The notes under the pieces were generated by a model, which did no database searches, was not told the DNA's origin, and saw only the letters and a program-made list of their open reading frames with translations. Positions 1 through 9,770 of a DNA stretch of 41,393 nt are shown here, one piece after another. The translations under genes were made by a program, and so were the position numbers. Location of the stretch: positions 1 through 41,393 of the forward strand of contig JABXKD010000028.1 in the NCBI GenBank assembly GCA_013375475.1, written 5' to 3'. Origin of the DNA: Promethearchaeota archaeon. GTDB lineage: Archaea > Asgardarchaeota > Lokiarchaeia > Sigyniarchaeales > SOKP01. Each line of letters starts with the position of its first letter. The first letter of the stretch is position 1.

Positions 1-551
1 ATACTTGAATGGAGTTGGGGGGCGGGTAAGGAAATATACGTTTTCTAGCGCTCCGGGAGCAAAATGCCGATTTTTCCAGCATGTTAATCTAATAATAAAA
101 GCAAAAAGAGGGTTTACCCTTCAAGGCGTCAAAAAAGACTTTCAGAATGGGAAGATCCCCTTAAAAGATGCTCGAAGTCGCGTTTACACCATAATGACTA
201 CGGAGAAGCCTAAAGGAAAGATACATTCTTGGGCATCTCGCACATCACAATTTTATAAACGAAGGTGGTCAATTGAGACCGGATTTTCCGACTTAAATCG
301 AATAAACCGTCGATGGAAGTCAAATCATGATAATGTGCGTTATCTTGACATGCTGGCAAGGTTACTTCTTTATAATTCGTGGAAAATGAATAAAAAGCTG
401 ATTCAAAAATCTGGAGAAAAATATCAGAAATTTAAAGATTGGACTTTGAATCAAAATCAGGATTATTTGAAGGAAGCTTTTCTAACTTTAGTGAGAAAAT
501 CACGGGGGGTGATCGGGTAAATCTTGAATTATGTCGGAGCTCCGACCATTG
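1..551 (+). mobile_element. Right-hand part of an IS4/ISH3-like insertion sequence, truncated by the window start
   Basis: Contains the transposase C-terminus (ORF 5..520). A GC-rich palindrome (533-546) follows, then ...CCATTG at 546-551, which reads CAATGG... inward like an IS4-type terminal repeat. The sequence then switches abruptly to an A-rich intergenic tract. The left end is not visible. Confidence 0.65.
5..520 (+). CDS. DDE transposase (IS4/ISH3-like), C-terminal part; 5' end outside the window
   Basis: YKRRWSIETGFSDL matches the IS4-superfamily Y-x2-R-W-x-I-E signature, followed by R...LLYNSW. Confidence 0.85.
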   Translation: MNGVGGRVRKYTFSSAPGAKCRFFQHVNLIIKAKRGFTLQGVKKDFQNGKIPLKDARSRVYTIMTTEKPKGKIHSWASRTSQFYKRRWSIETGFSDLNRINRRWKSNHDNVRYLDMLARLLLYNSWKMNKKLIQKSGEKYQKFKDWTLNQNQDYLKEAFLTLVRKSRGVIG

Positions 552-614
552 GAAAAATTAAAAAAAAAAATAAATACTTAGATACTATAATAAAAATAAA
601 AATTTAGTAATTGT

Positions 615-1844
615 TTAGAGGTCTCTGGGAATAATAATTTCGAGATCACTAATTGGATACGATGCACATGGATGGAAATAGTTAAATCTTTTGTCTCCAC
701 TCTTTCTCCAATCGGAAACTGGGTTTACATATATTTTACCATCTATTAAAAGAGATCGACAGAATCCACATTCACCAGAACGACATTTTGAAGGTGGGGT
801 TAAATTTGCTCTTTCTAAGGCTACTAAAACAGATTCAGTTGCTATTGCTGGAATCTCTTTGGACATATCCCCAATATGAACTTTAATCTTAAATATTTTT
901 TCAGCAACCTCTTTAGGGAATCCGGGGTGAGTTAAAATATCCTTCACTTCACCAAAAGCTTCTCTACGAATTCGTTTAACAGGTAAGTTTAACTTTTTAA
1001 GCTCTTCTTCGACGAAATTATACATGATTTGTGGTCCGCATATGAAAAAAGTACTTGAATTTGCATCACAGTATTTTTCAATTATTTCTTTGGTTATAAA
1101 ACCCTTCTCGCATCCTTCCAATGAAATAGCATCGCAACTTAAAACATGAACAATCTTAATTTTAGAGGGGTTACTCTTTTCCATTTCTTTAAACTCATGG
1201 TAATAAATAATATCATCTTCCTCAGAACTTCCATACATTAATGTTAATTTTGCATCAAGTTTTCCATCAATTATTGCTTTAGCCATCGATCGGAATGGTG
1301 TGATTCCTGATCCTCCAGCGATTCCAACAATTTGTTTTAAATCCCGAAGAGGTTCATAAAAGAAGTATCCTTCCGGTCCAGAACTTTCAATCTTAGTTCC
1401 TCTTTTCCAGTTATCCCAGATAAATTCGGTTAAAAACCCTTGGTCCTCTTTCCTAACTGTAATTTCATAGTAGCCCTTTAAGGCTTCTGAAGGAGCTGAT
1501 GATATTGAATAAGGTCTTGTAATCGATACACCATTCACTTGAACTTTCAAGCTTAAATATTGACCAGCTCTAAAATAAGCTACTTCTTTTGTTTTTGAAT
1601 CGGGATCAGGTGTGAGTTTAAATGTTTTAGTAGATTTTGTTTCATCCTTGATTTCACTGATAACTAAGTATTGTCTAATTGGATGAAGTCGCACTGCGAG
1701 TTCGTTCATCGGATCTTTTGTTATCGGTTCACTTGATGCCCTTTCAAACCGCTTTTTACGGTTTGGTACTAATTTGGTAAACGCAAATAAATCTCTCGTA
1801 TTGCTTTTAACAGTAATATCAAATTTCTTTTTTTCTTCGCTCAT
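615..1844 (-). CDS. FNR-type FAD/NAD(P)-binding oxidoreductase with C-terminal 2Fe-2S ferredoxin (PaaE/Hcr/KshB-like architecture)
   Basis: Motifs RPYSISS, AGGSGITPFRSM and FICGPQIM; ferredoxin motif CRSGECGFC...C. GGTGA SD lies 6 nt upstream. Confidence 0.9.
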   Translation of the reverse strand: MSEEKKKFDITVKSNTRDLFAFTKLVPNRKKRFERASSEPITKDPMNELAVRLHPIRQYLVISEIKDETKSTKTFKLTPDPDSKTKEVAYFRAGQYLSLKVQVNGVSITRPYSISSAPSEALKGYYEITVRKEDQGFLTEFIWDNWKRGTKIESSGPEGYFFYEPLRDLKQIVGIAGGSGITPFRSMAKAIIDGKLDAKLTLMYGSSEEDDIIYYHEFKEMEKSNPSKIKIVHVLSCDAISLEGCEKGFITKEIIEKYCDANSSTFFICGPQIMYNFVEEELKKLNLPVKRIRREAFGEVKDILTHPGFPKEVAEKIFKIKVHIGDMSKEIPAIATESVLVALERANLTPPSKCRSGECGFCRSLLIDGKIYVNPVSDWRKSGDKRFNYFHPCASYPISDLEIIIPRDL

Positions 1845-3406
1845 TTTAATTCACCTTTTTTCTGTAAATCTTGTAAAGTTAGTAATGCAGCAGTTTGTCC
1901 ATCCTTCAAAGAACTACTATATCCGTGAGCTCTTTTACCATGACCTCCACAAAATTCAAGACCATCAATGTGTTTATCGTCGTTCATCATCGCCAACCGT
2001 GGAATAATTGAATCCCAAGAATCTGGTTCGTATCCATACACTACCCCATTATAAGCTCTGGTAAATCTTGCAATGGTTTGAGGCGTAGCAACTTCAATCT
2101 CTTCAATATGTTCCTTTATTGGAGCGCCAGTGGTTTTTTCCAAAGTACTAATAAGGTCTTCTGCAATTTTATTTTTTATTGTGAAGTAATCCTCTGGTTT
2201 TACATCGTCCCACGATCCTGGTAGAAAAGCAGTTGTAATCGAAACAATGCATGTTCCCGGTGGTGAGCAGTCGGGAATTGCATTATTTAAACATATAGTT
2301 GCTTGAACCTCAGGTGCTTCAAGGTAATTTAAAGAATCATAAAGTTCATCAGTATTCATATTGTTACAAATGAAATAACTATAATCTTTGAGACCTAATT
2401 CCTCTGCTGTTGCATCTAAGCCCAAATAAACAACAAATGTAGAAACTCCGTGCCGTCTAGCATTGATTTCTTTATAAGCGATCTCAGGAACCTCTGATTT
2501 AGGATGTATTAACTTGATATAAGTAAGCGTAGGGGAAGCATTGCTAATTACATGATTTGTTTTAATCTTATCTCCATTAGAAGTTTCAATTCCGAATACT
2601 TTACCATCTTTAACCAAAATCTTTTCTACCGTCGTATTATATTCGATTTTACCCCCAAATTCTCTTATTTTATTATCTAGTGCAGTAGTATAATCGTGAG
2701 ATCGAAATTTTGGAATATAGGCACCTTTTAAAATGTAACCATAGACCATTGAAGAAAATAATGTAAAATTAGATCTACTTGCGGGAATTCCTAAATAAAG
2801 CCAATATGCGTTAAGAATGCTCTTGGCTTTTTCTGGAATGTTAAGGGCATCTTGAACAGCTTCCACAGAATAAGCCGCAGTTTTAAGGAAGTTTGAATGC
2901 TCTCTTAGTAAAACCTCTTGATCTGGCTTACCTTTCGACCGTCCTAAATATGAAGTTGCTATATCAACATCTCGCGCCAAATCAAAAAATTTGCTTACAG
3001 AATCTCTACATCCCGGGACTTCTTTCTCAATAGCATCAAGATAAGCATCAATTCCAAAAGGCATCACTACATCAAGATCTTCATTTGGATCCGTTAAAAT
3101 CAATCTATATGCCTCGGGAACTTCAATAAACTCTGAATCAAGTTCATATCTTTCTAACAATCTTCTAGTGCCGCCTTTATTCGATTTAGGGCCCCAATCA
3201 TAAAGCTCGTGTAGTGAAGTTTCAAACTCGAACCTTCCCCTTACAAAACTCGAAGCAAATCCTCCGGGTAAGTTATGTTGTTCTAAAAGCAGTATGTTAG
3301 CACCGTTCATTGCTAATTCTGCGGAAGCGATTAAACCACCGTTTCCAGCTCCAATAATTACTGCATCATATGAATCTGCAATTCTTTGTTCTTTTCTCTC
3401 ACTCAT
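1841..3406 (-). CDS. Phytoene desaturase / carotenoid isomerase / retinol saturase family FAD-dependent oxidoreductase
   Basis: N-terminal IIGAGNGGL...LLEQHNLPGG dinucleotide fold, internal STFVVYLG, C-terminal ATPQTIARFT...GVVYG. Its stop overlaps the downstream start (ATGA, 1841-1844). Confidence 0.85.
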   Translation of the reverse strand: MSERKEQRIADSYDAVIIGAGNGGLIASAELAMNGANILLLEQHNLPGGFASSFVRGRFEFETSLHELYDWGPKSNKGGTRRLLERYELDSEFIEVPEAYRLILTDPNEDLDVVMPFGIDAYLDAIEKEVPGCRDSVSKFFDLARDVDIATSYLGRSKGKPDQEVLLREHSNFLKTAAYSVEAVQDALNIPEKAKSILNAYWLYLGIPASRSNFTLFSSMVYGYILKGAYIPKFRSHDYTTALDNKIREFGGKIEYNTTVEKILVKDGKVFGIETSNGDKIKTNHVISNASPTLTYIKLIHPKSEVPEIAYKEINARRHGVSTFVVYLGLDATAEELGLKDYSYFICNNMNTDELYDSLNYLEAPEVQATICLNNAIPDCSPPGTCIVSITTAFLPGSWDDVKPEDYFTIKNKIAEDLISTLEKTTGAPIKEHIEEIEVATPQTIARFTRAYNGVVYGYEPDSWDSIIPRLAMMNDDKHIDGLEFCGGHGKRAHGYSSSLKDGQTAALLTLQDLQKKGELK

Positions 3407-3478
3407 AATCTCTTACTCATTTTTCTATTTTTTTTATGTTATTTATAATTCTTAATTTATTTTGAATTTGATAGCTTT

Positions 3479-4861
3479 TTATATTTGATTTGGAATAACT
3501 TTGAACACGTAAACGGGAGATTCAATTAAGCTGTTAGGGATATCGATAATTAAATCTTCTAGGTCTTGCTCCCAAGTTAGTTGCTCTCTAATACTAAATA
3601 ATTTTATTATCGAATGAGGTGGAATATTTAATGACAGTATTCTTATCCTTTTTCCTGGGGGGTTATTTAAAAGGTGAATATAAAGTAGTTCATCCTTCTG
3701 TGTAAACCTAATTTCAAGGTTATCCGAAGTTTTGCCATCAGCTCTTTCCCATGGACGAGTCCCATAAATTCCTTCCCCGTTAATTTCTAACCACTGACCA
3801 ATCTCCCGTAATACTTCTTTTTGAATTTCAGGTATTGTTCCGTCTGACTTAGGTCCAACATTTAATAAAAAGTTCCCGTTTTTGCTAACAATATCTACAA
3901 GCATCTTAATCAATTCATTTGATGTTAAGTAATCTCCTTCCTTTTCCATTTTATTATACCCATAAGAATTCCCAATACCTCGATTTGATTCCCACTTCTT
4001 TTTTTTAATGATTTTATAGCTATAATATTCTGGTGTAGTAAAATCGTAAAAAAATGTCCTTCTCATCTTGTATACCTTACCGTCTTCATGGAATATCTTA
4101 TCCCAACGATCATTTATCACTCCGTCTGGAAACTTGTTATAATAATATGCAAAAAGTTCGAAAAGATCAAGAAGAGGCGGTGCACCAATGTCGCTCCATA
4201 ATATTGAAGGTTCGTACTCATCAATTAATTCATACCAATGGTTTTTGACATATTCTGTATACTCCGGAGTAGTAATCCCATTAGTCAAATCATTCGTTCG
4301 AGAATCAATTGGCTCCGGATTGAAAGACCAGTCAAAGGAGGTGGAATAATAAAATCCCATTTTCATTCCTTCATTTTTTACTGAATTTGTGAGTTCGCTC
4401 ACGATATTTCTACTAGCAAAATTGTTTTCTTTCATAGGATTTTTGTATTTGCTCGGCCATAAGAGAAATCCATCGTGGTGTTTTGTTACGAGTACTACAT
4501 ATTTAGCACCTGCGTTTTTGAATAATTCAGCCCAATCTTGTGGATTCCACTTTTCTAATTCTTCATTAAATATAGGTATAAAATCTTCGTAAGAAAAATC
4601 TTCCCCGTACTCTCTATAATGATAATCTTGTGTTAGGCTTCCAAGAATCCTCAATGTATTAAGATACCACTCAGCATACGGATTGTTTTTAAAATAATAT
4701 TCCATTCCCTGCTCTGGTGATTCCGTAAAAGTTAACTCTTTAACTGCGAATGCCGGTACGGAATACAATCCCCAATGAATGAAAATACCAAATTTTGCAT
4801 TATGATACCAATCAGGAACTTTGTGTTTTCTTATAGAAGCTTTTGTAGGTTCAAAATTCAT
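3479..4861 (-). CDS. Alpha-L-fucosidase (GH29), no signal peptide evident
   Basis: WYHNAKFGIFIHWGLYSVPA, AGAKYVVLVTKHHDGFLLW, LWSD nucleophile, VINDRW, DIVSKNGNFLLNVGP. Confidence 0.95.
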   Translation of the reverse strand: MNFEPTKASIRKHKVPDWYHNAKFGIFIHWGLYSVPAFAVKELTFTESPEQGMEYYFKNNPYAEWYLNTLRILGSLTQDYHYREYGEDFSYEDFIPIFNEELEKWNPQDWAELFKNAGAKYVVLVTKHHDGFLLWPSKYKNPMKENNFASRNIVSELTNSVKNEGMKMGFYYSTSFDWSFNPEPIDSRTNDLTNGITTPEYTEYVKNHWYELIDEYEPSILWSDIGAPPLLDLFELFAYYYNKFPDGVINDRWDKIFHEDGKVYKMRRTFFYDFTTPEYYSYKIIKKKKWESNRGIGNSYGYNKMEKEGDYLTSNELIKMLVDIVSKNGNFLLNVGPKSDGTIPEIQKEVLREIGQWLEINGEGIYGTRPWERADGKTSDNLEIRFTQKDELLYIHLLNNPPGKRIRILSLNIPPHSIIKLFSIREQLTWEQDLEDLIIDIPNSLIESPVYVFKVIPNQI

Positions 4862-4978
4862 TATTGTATTCTCATATTTTTTTCATGGTTCATATCTAAT
4901 AGAGAAAGAAGAAAAGAGTAAAAACTTATTTTTTTTCATTTTTTATTTAATATTAATAAAAAGAGATCTAATTTTAAA

Positions 4979-5434
4979 ATGAAAACAGAAGAAACAGAAA
5001 GGATTGGGAAAATATGGTTTGAAGACATGTGGAGCACACCTAATTTAAATGCCGCTGATGAAATTATAGATGTTGATTACGATCCAAGTTGGATTCATAT
5101 AGATAAAAAAGGGGCTGCTCAAGTAAAGCACGAAATAACATACTTACGTTCGGTTTTTCCCGATCTTACATATAATATTGTTGAAATTAAGGGAGAAGAA
5201 GATAAAGTCTGGATTCGCTATAAAGCAAGAGCTACACATAAAGGAGAAAGTTGGGGATTCAAACCTACTAACAAAAGGGTTGAATTTGAAGGTGCTACAA
5301 TTTTATATTTTAACTCAAAAGGAAAAGTTATTGATAGATGGGGTGCCTTTTGTTTCTATGATATTTTAGAGGAATTAGGTTTAGTGCCACCCTTTTGGGA
5401 ACTGCATAGTCATTTACCAAACTTCAAGAAGTAA
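4979..5434 (+). CDS. SnoaL/NTF2-like ester cyclase family protein
   Basis: FPDLTYNIVE...DKVWIRY...THKGE..G..PTNKRVEFEG pattern. Confidence 0.85.
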   Translation: MKTEETERIGKIWFEDMWSTPNLNAADEIIDVDYDPSWIHIDKKGAAQVKHEITYLRSVFPDLTYNIVEIKGEEDKVWIRYKARATHKGESWGFKPTNKRVEFEGATILYFNSKGKVIDRWGAFCFYDILEELGLVPPFWELHSHLPNFKK

Positions 5435-5458
5435 ATTTCAAACTAAAATCTTAATAAA

Positions 5459-6976
5459 TCAGCTGCTTGCTTGCCTTTTTGGTATTTTTGTTTGAGCTTT
5501 TAAATTTTCATGTAATATCTTCGTTACGAGTCGCTCTTTTAATTCTCTATCCTTGTCCCACAAATTATTTAATTCATCGGGGTCATTTACACGGTCATAG
5601 ATATCACCGGCATCTTCTAAACCAGCATATATTGTGATTTTATGAGTTTCTGTAATTAAATGCCTCAATCTTATCGTTATTGGTCCCAATTCTTCATCTT
5701 CCTCAACAAAGCAGCAGTCTCTTACTTTTACCTTGGGATCTTTCAGTACTGGTGTAAGATCAACACCTTGAATAAATGGAGAATGAAGTCGATTAGGAAT
5801 TTTTGTTAAGTTCAAGATTGTTTTTGCAAAATCAATAGAACTAACTAAAGAATTTGATACACTTCCAGGTTTAGTTATTCCTGGAACTTTCATAATTAAG
5901 GGAACATTCAACAATCCAATAAAGGGTGAAGGACCCTTATAAATCATACCATGATCTCCCATTAAATCGCCATGATCACTAGTATAAATTACTATTGTGT
6001 TTTCTGTATATCCGAATTTTTCTAAACTTGCGAGAATTTCTCCAATAGCATGATCAAATAATGAAATTGAACCATAAGTTAAGCGAGTAAATTCCTTTAC
6101 TTCATTTTCATCAGATTCTCGAAGCATAGCTCCACGAAAAAGCGGATTTTTTATTAATGAACCTAAAAACTTATGCTTATACATATTTTTAATATCAGAA
6201 AAGGTAGAAGGGAGGTTTATATCATCAGATTTATACATATCCTTATATTCACCCGGAGGACAGACGGGATGATGAGGATCTGGAATGGAACAACAGAGAA
6301 AAAATGGTTTTTCTCCAAATTCTCCTTTTGAATGTTTTTCTAAAAAGTTTATTGTTCTCTCTTTGCAATAGGTGGTAGGATAATGTTCGACATCCATATC
6401 GCTTTCATAATAAACTTGATCAAAGAATTTCAACGATAACCTTTTACGCATCCATCTTGTAGCTCCTGGAAGTAATTCTTCTAACCAATCTAAATAATGT
6501 CCGCCACATAAATCGCCATGACCTAAAGTAATTTCACTTTCTTCGAATCCATAATAAGGCTTAGGAAAATTTTCCTTAGCTTCTTTTGATGTTTCTTTAT
6601 TCATCCAATATCCAATCATTTCGGCAGATTTCGTTTTTCGTTTAAAAGGGGGGATATAAAATTGTAGATGCATTTTACCTACATTATGAGTAATATATCC
6701 GTTCTTTCGCATAGCTTCAACAAATGTTTCAACTGTGTCTGGTAAATTTATACCATTGCTTCGGCACCCATGAACATTTGGATAAACTCCCGTAAAAATA
6801 GACGATCTGTTTGGCATACACATGGGATTAGCACAAAAAGCATTTGTAAATCTAATCCCTTCTTTAGCCAGTCTATCTAAATTAGGGGTTTTCACAACAG
6901 GATTCCCTGAACAGCTCATATGATCAGCTCGATGCTGATCTGTCATAATAAATAATACATTCATTTTTTCGCTCAT
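5459..6976 (-). CDS. Formylglycine-type (Cys) sulfatase family hydrolase
   Basis: NVLFIMTDQHR, CMPNR (CxPxR), GKMH, PDPHHP, YTSDHGD motifs. Confidence 0.95.
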   Translation of the reverse strand: MSEKMNVLFIMTDQHRADHMSCSGNPVVKTPNLDRLAKEGIRFTNAFCANPMCMPNRSSIFTGVYPNVHGCRSNGINLPDTVETFVEAMRKNGYITHNVGKMHLQFYIPPFKRKTKSAEMIGYWMNKETSKEAKENFPKPYYGFEESEITLGHGDLCGGHYLDWLEELLPGATRWMRKRLSLKFFDQVYYESDMDVEHYPTTYCKERTINFLEKHSKGEFGEKPFFLCCSIPDPHHPVCPPGEYKDMYKSDDINLPSTFSDIKNMYKHKFLGSLIKNPLFRGAMLRESDENEVKEFTRLTYGSISLFDHAIGEILASLEKFGYTENTIVIYTSDHGDLMGDHGMIYKGPSPFIGLLNVPLIMKVPGITKPGSVSNSLVSSIDFAKTILNLTKIPNRLHSPFIQGVDLTPVLKDPKVKVRDCCFVEEDEELGPITIRLRHLITETHKITIYAGLEDAGDIYDRVNDPDELNNLWDKDRELKERLVTKILHENLKAQTKIPKRQASS

Positions 6977-7024
6977 TTCACTTAAACCCTACTTTAATTT
7001 TAAAAAAAAAATTGAAAATGTTAA

Positions 7025-7879
7025 CTAATTTGCTTTATTCATTTTTTTATCTATTACTTCTCGCATGTACCGAAAACCGGGAGTTAAATTTTCGTCCAAT
7101 TTTGGAAGTAGTTGCCTTAATGGAAACTTTAAACCTTGACCTGACCCTGTTTGAAATAAATTTTCCAATACATAGAAAATAAAGCTACCTGGCATTCCAA
7201 TCCCCAATTCGTGATCTTGAATTCCTGCAAATGAGCGATCTCCTGTACCCGGAATGACAATTTGGGCTTTTCGAGTAACGAACGGCATGAATCCCCCTTT
7301 TGAGCAACTTTCACCAAAACCTTCGAATGTTGATTGGATTCTATACTTTCTTTTATGTTCATAATTCAATGCGTTAATAATATAAGTTAACTTCGGACCA
7401 TCGCAATAAATCATTATAGAATCTGGAATAACGGGAGTTTCCATTAATGGTGAAACAATTACTCCACGATACGCCAGTTCAATTACATTCTTAAAATTGC
7501 TTGCATATAAGTGTTCGGCTCTCCTTTTCTCAGCTTGAACGTCTTTTGTCCATTTTTGACGTACCTGAGACTCGGTAAATTCTTCCACTGAGAGAGGAAC
7601 CCATCCATGCCCAACTGATGACGGTGTGCAAAAATTATCAGCTGAAGTAATACACAATTTTTGCTTAAACCTGCGTGCGTAAGTAAATGCTTGACAAATA
7701 GACATTTTTTCTTCGCTATCAATCGGTCTTCTAACTCCTGCTGGAATTTCATTTTCGAGATCTCTTATATATTTTATCGATATTGGATAAGAATCAAGAT
7801 GTAATTTATCGAATATTTCAACACCAGCTTTTTGATAATCTTCTAAATTCATATTTTTACTACTCATTTCAAATTTCAC
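7025..7879 (-). CDS. DUF169 family protein
   Basis: SICQAFTYAR...NFC...PDSIMIY...ESCS...PGTGDRSFAG..DHEL pattern. Confidence 0.8.
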   Translation of the reverse strand: MKFEMSSKNMNLEDYQKAGVEIFDKLHLDSYPISIKYIRDLENEIPAGVRRPIDSEEKMSICQAFTYARRFKQKLCITSADNFCTPSSVGHGWVPLSVEEFTESQVRQKWTKDVQAEKRRAEHLYASNFKNVIELAYRGVIVSPLMETPVIPDSIMIYCDGPKLTYIINALNYEHKRKYRIQSTFEGFGESCSKGGFMPFVTRKAQIVIPGTGDRSFAGIQDHELGIGMPGSFIFYVLENLFQTGSGQGLKFPLRQLLPKLDENLTPGFRYMREVIDKKMNKAN

Positions 7880-7940
7880 GTTTATTATTTCAATTTGCCT
7901 TTTTGAAACCTTTCAAATGGAATAAAATAAACTTTTTTAA

Positions 7941-8450
7941 TTATTGAATTAAAGATTTCCCAAAAGCTTTTGCGTTTGCAAGATCTTGCGCATCCGGATG
8001 TCCTTTTGTTGCTTCTATTTTAGCTTCTTGCCTTTTTTTTTCTTCAGGAGGGAGTTTTGCTAACATCCCGAGGATAGTTTCCTTTGGCATACCAAGGTTT
8101 TCACCTATGCAGTCGAATTCTCCAATTACTTCGGATCCGCTTTCTTCAAGTTTGCTCCTTATTCTTTTAAAAGCCTTCTGATACGCAGTAGAGCTCTGAT
8201 GGGTGTTAAAAAATGCGAACTTAGGGGGATATTCAGATACCTCTTTCATGAAGTCTATTACTTTCTTGTTTAACTTCCCTCCGTATATACCTGAACCTAA
8301 TACTACAAGATCGTAATTCTTCAAGTTTGAAGGATCCGCGTCCTCAATTTTTAAAACCTCTACATTCTCATCTTCTAACCCTTCTGCAATACTTTTAGCA
8401 ACCTTTTCTGTATTTCCCGTATTAGAGAAATAACATACTAATATTTTCAT
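7941..8450 (-). CDS. Flavodoxin family protein
   Basis: YFSNTGNTEKVA FMN phosphate loop, YDLVVLGSGIYGG, C-terminal GHPDAQDL. Confidence 0.9.
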   Translation of the reverse strand: MKILVCYFSNTGNTEKVAKSIAEGLEDENVEVLKIEDADPSNLKNYDLVVLGSGIYGGKLNKKVIDFMKEVSEYPPKFAFFNTHQSSTAYQKAFKRIRSKLEESGSEVIGEFDCIGENLGMPKETILGMLAKLPPEEKKRQEAKIEATKGHPDAQDLANAKAFGKSLIQ

Positions 8451-8454
8451 TATT

Positions 8455-9552
8455 TTATGCCTCTTTTTTTAATTTCTTCACTTTACTCTTATAATCTTTA
8501 TAATAGAGTCTTTGATTTTTAATAGGCATTGATTCAAATAATTCCTTTGCTTTATCTGTAGGATATATTTCCAGGCTGCCATCTTCTTTTTGAATCACAC
8601 ATCCTGAATTAACTAGTATTTTGTATCGTTGTGCTGTTTCTTTAGGATTACCAGCACAAACAAATTGACAATTCCCACAAGTGAGTTGAATATTAGCCAT
8701 TCCACCAAAAGACGCGGGTTGATATCCACTTGAACAATCTTTAATAGGAGGTCTTTTCTTTTGACTTGTCATTGCGAGAGACATAAGCCGCGATACTTCT
8801 ACATCATTTTCAGGGTAATCGTAACGTCCCGGTGACCATGTAGAAAACTTACCCGATGAATGTAATCCATTAGATCCCCCACATGTAAGAAAACAACGCA
8901 TTTTATTCATCCTCTTAGAGTACCTAAAAGTCTCACCCCCAATAGTTACAACAGTTTCTTCTGTAGGTGAGAACATTTGATAAGCACAGACTTTTGTGCA
9001 GATTTTACACTCGTCACAAAATGATTCTGATTTCGGTATAGGCTCTGTCGGTTCAAGTTTTGCATCAGTAACGATACCTCCTAAGATAATGGCGGTTCCA
9101 TGCTCCTTAGTACCAACATTTCCAGACCAACCAAACGAAGCCACTCCTGATCGAACGGCTAGGTATCTTAACGAAAGCTCGGGAGGTAATGTCACTTGCC
9201 ATCCCGGGATATCCATTCTATATTGATTATTAGGAAAAACAGACTTTGCTTTATAGCCCTGTTCGACTAACCATCGCTTCACATGTTGAGATGCATCCCA
9301 TATAATTCTATGGATGCCAATATTCTCTTCTTCATGCATTCCACGAATGCTAGGATCTTCTTTTCCTAAATATTTTAAAATCATCTCTTTATTAAAGGGT
9401 ACATAAAAACTGATGGCTGATTGTGCTTCAGGAAGTAGATATGTGATGTCCGCTCCTTTTGGTCCACCAGCCATAGTTTCAAGCGTTGCAAATCCAACTT
9501 TTTTTGCTCCGGCTTCTAACAACATCCCCTCAATATCTTGTTCTAAAGTCAT
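8455..9552 (-). CDS. Epoxyqueuosine-reductase (QueG)/reductive-dehalogenase-like cobalamin, 2x[4Fe-4S] protein
   Basis: SLRYLAVRSGVASFGWSG...G..IILGGIVTD segment, FCDECKICTKVC and CGNCQFVC cluster motifs. No TAT signal is visible. Confidence 0.8.
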   Translation of the reverse strand: MTLEQDIEGMLLEAGAKKVGFATLETMAGGPKGADITYLLPEAQSAISFYVPFNKEMILKYLGKEDPSIRGMHEEENIGIHRIIWDASQHVKRWLVEQGYKAKSVFPNNQYRMDIPGWQVTLPPELSLRYLAVRSGVASFGWSGNVGTKEHGTAIILGGIVTDAKLEPTEPIPKSESFCDECKICTKVCAYQMFSPTEETVVTIGGETFRYSKRMNKMRCFLTCGGSNGLHSSGKFSTWSPGRYDYPENDVEVSRLMSLAMTSQKKRPPIKDCSSGYQPASFGGMANIQLTCGNCQFVCAGNPKETAQRYKILVNSGCVIQKEDGSLEIYPTDKAKELFESMPIKNQRLYYKDYKSKVKKLKKEA

Positions 9553-9770
9553 AATTAAAGACCAATATTGGTTTTATTTATTCTTAACTTCACACAATTA
9601 AATTTGTATTAATTTATTGAATAAAGGATATTTCCCTTTTATACTTTAGAATGGTGATTATTCCTTTTCTGGTGATGCTTAACATCAATAAATAACAAAT
9701 TTTTATATTATCAAAATAACTTCAACATAACATTTAAATAGATAAACTTCTATATATATAACATATGCAT

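Noticed and set aside
552-614. Long A/T homopolymer runs (also about 7001, 33246, 36732, 40142) as phase-variation tracts
   Set aside because: They are intergenic and at gene 3' ends, consistent with ordinary archaeal oligo-T terminators in an AT-rich genome.
8455-9552. Calling this gene queG or a respiratory rdhA
   Set aside because: There is no queuosine-pathway context, TAT signal or RdhB anchor; only family-level similarity is supportable.
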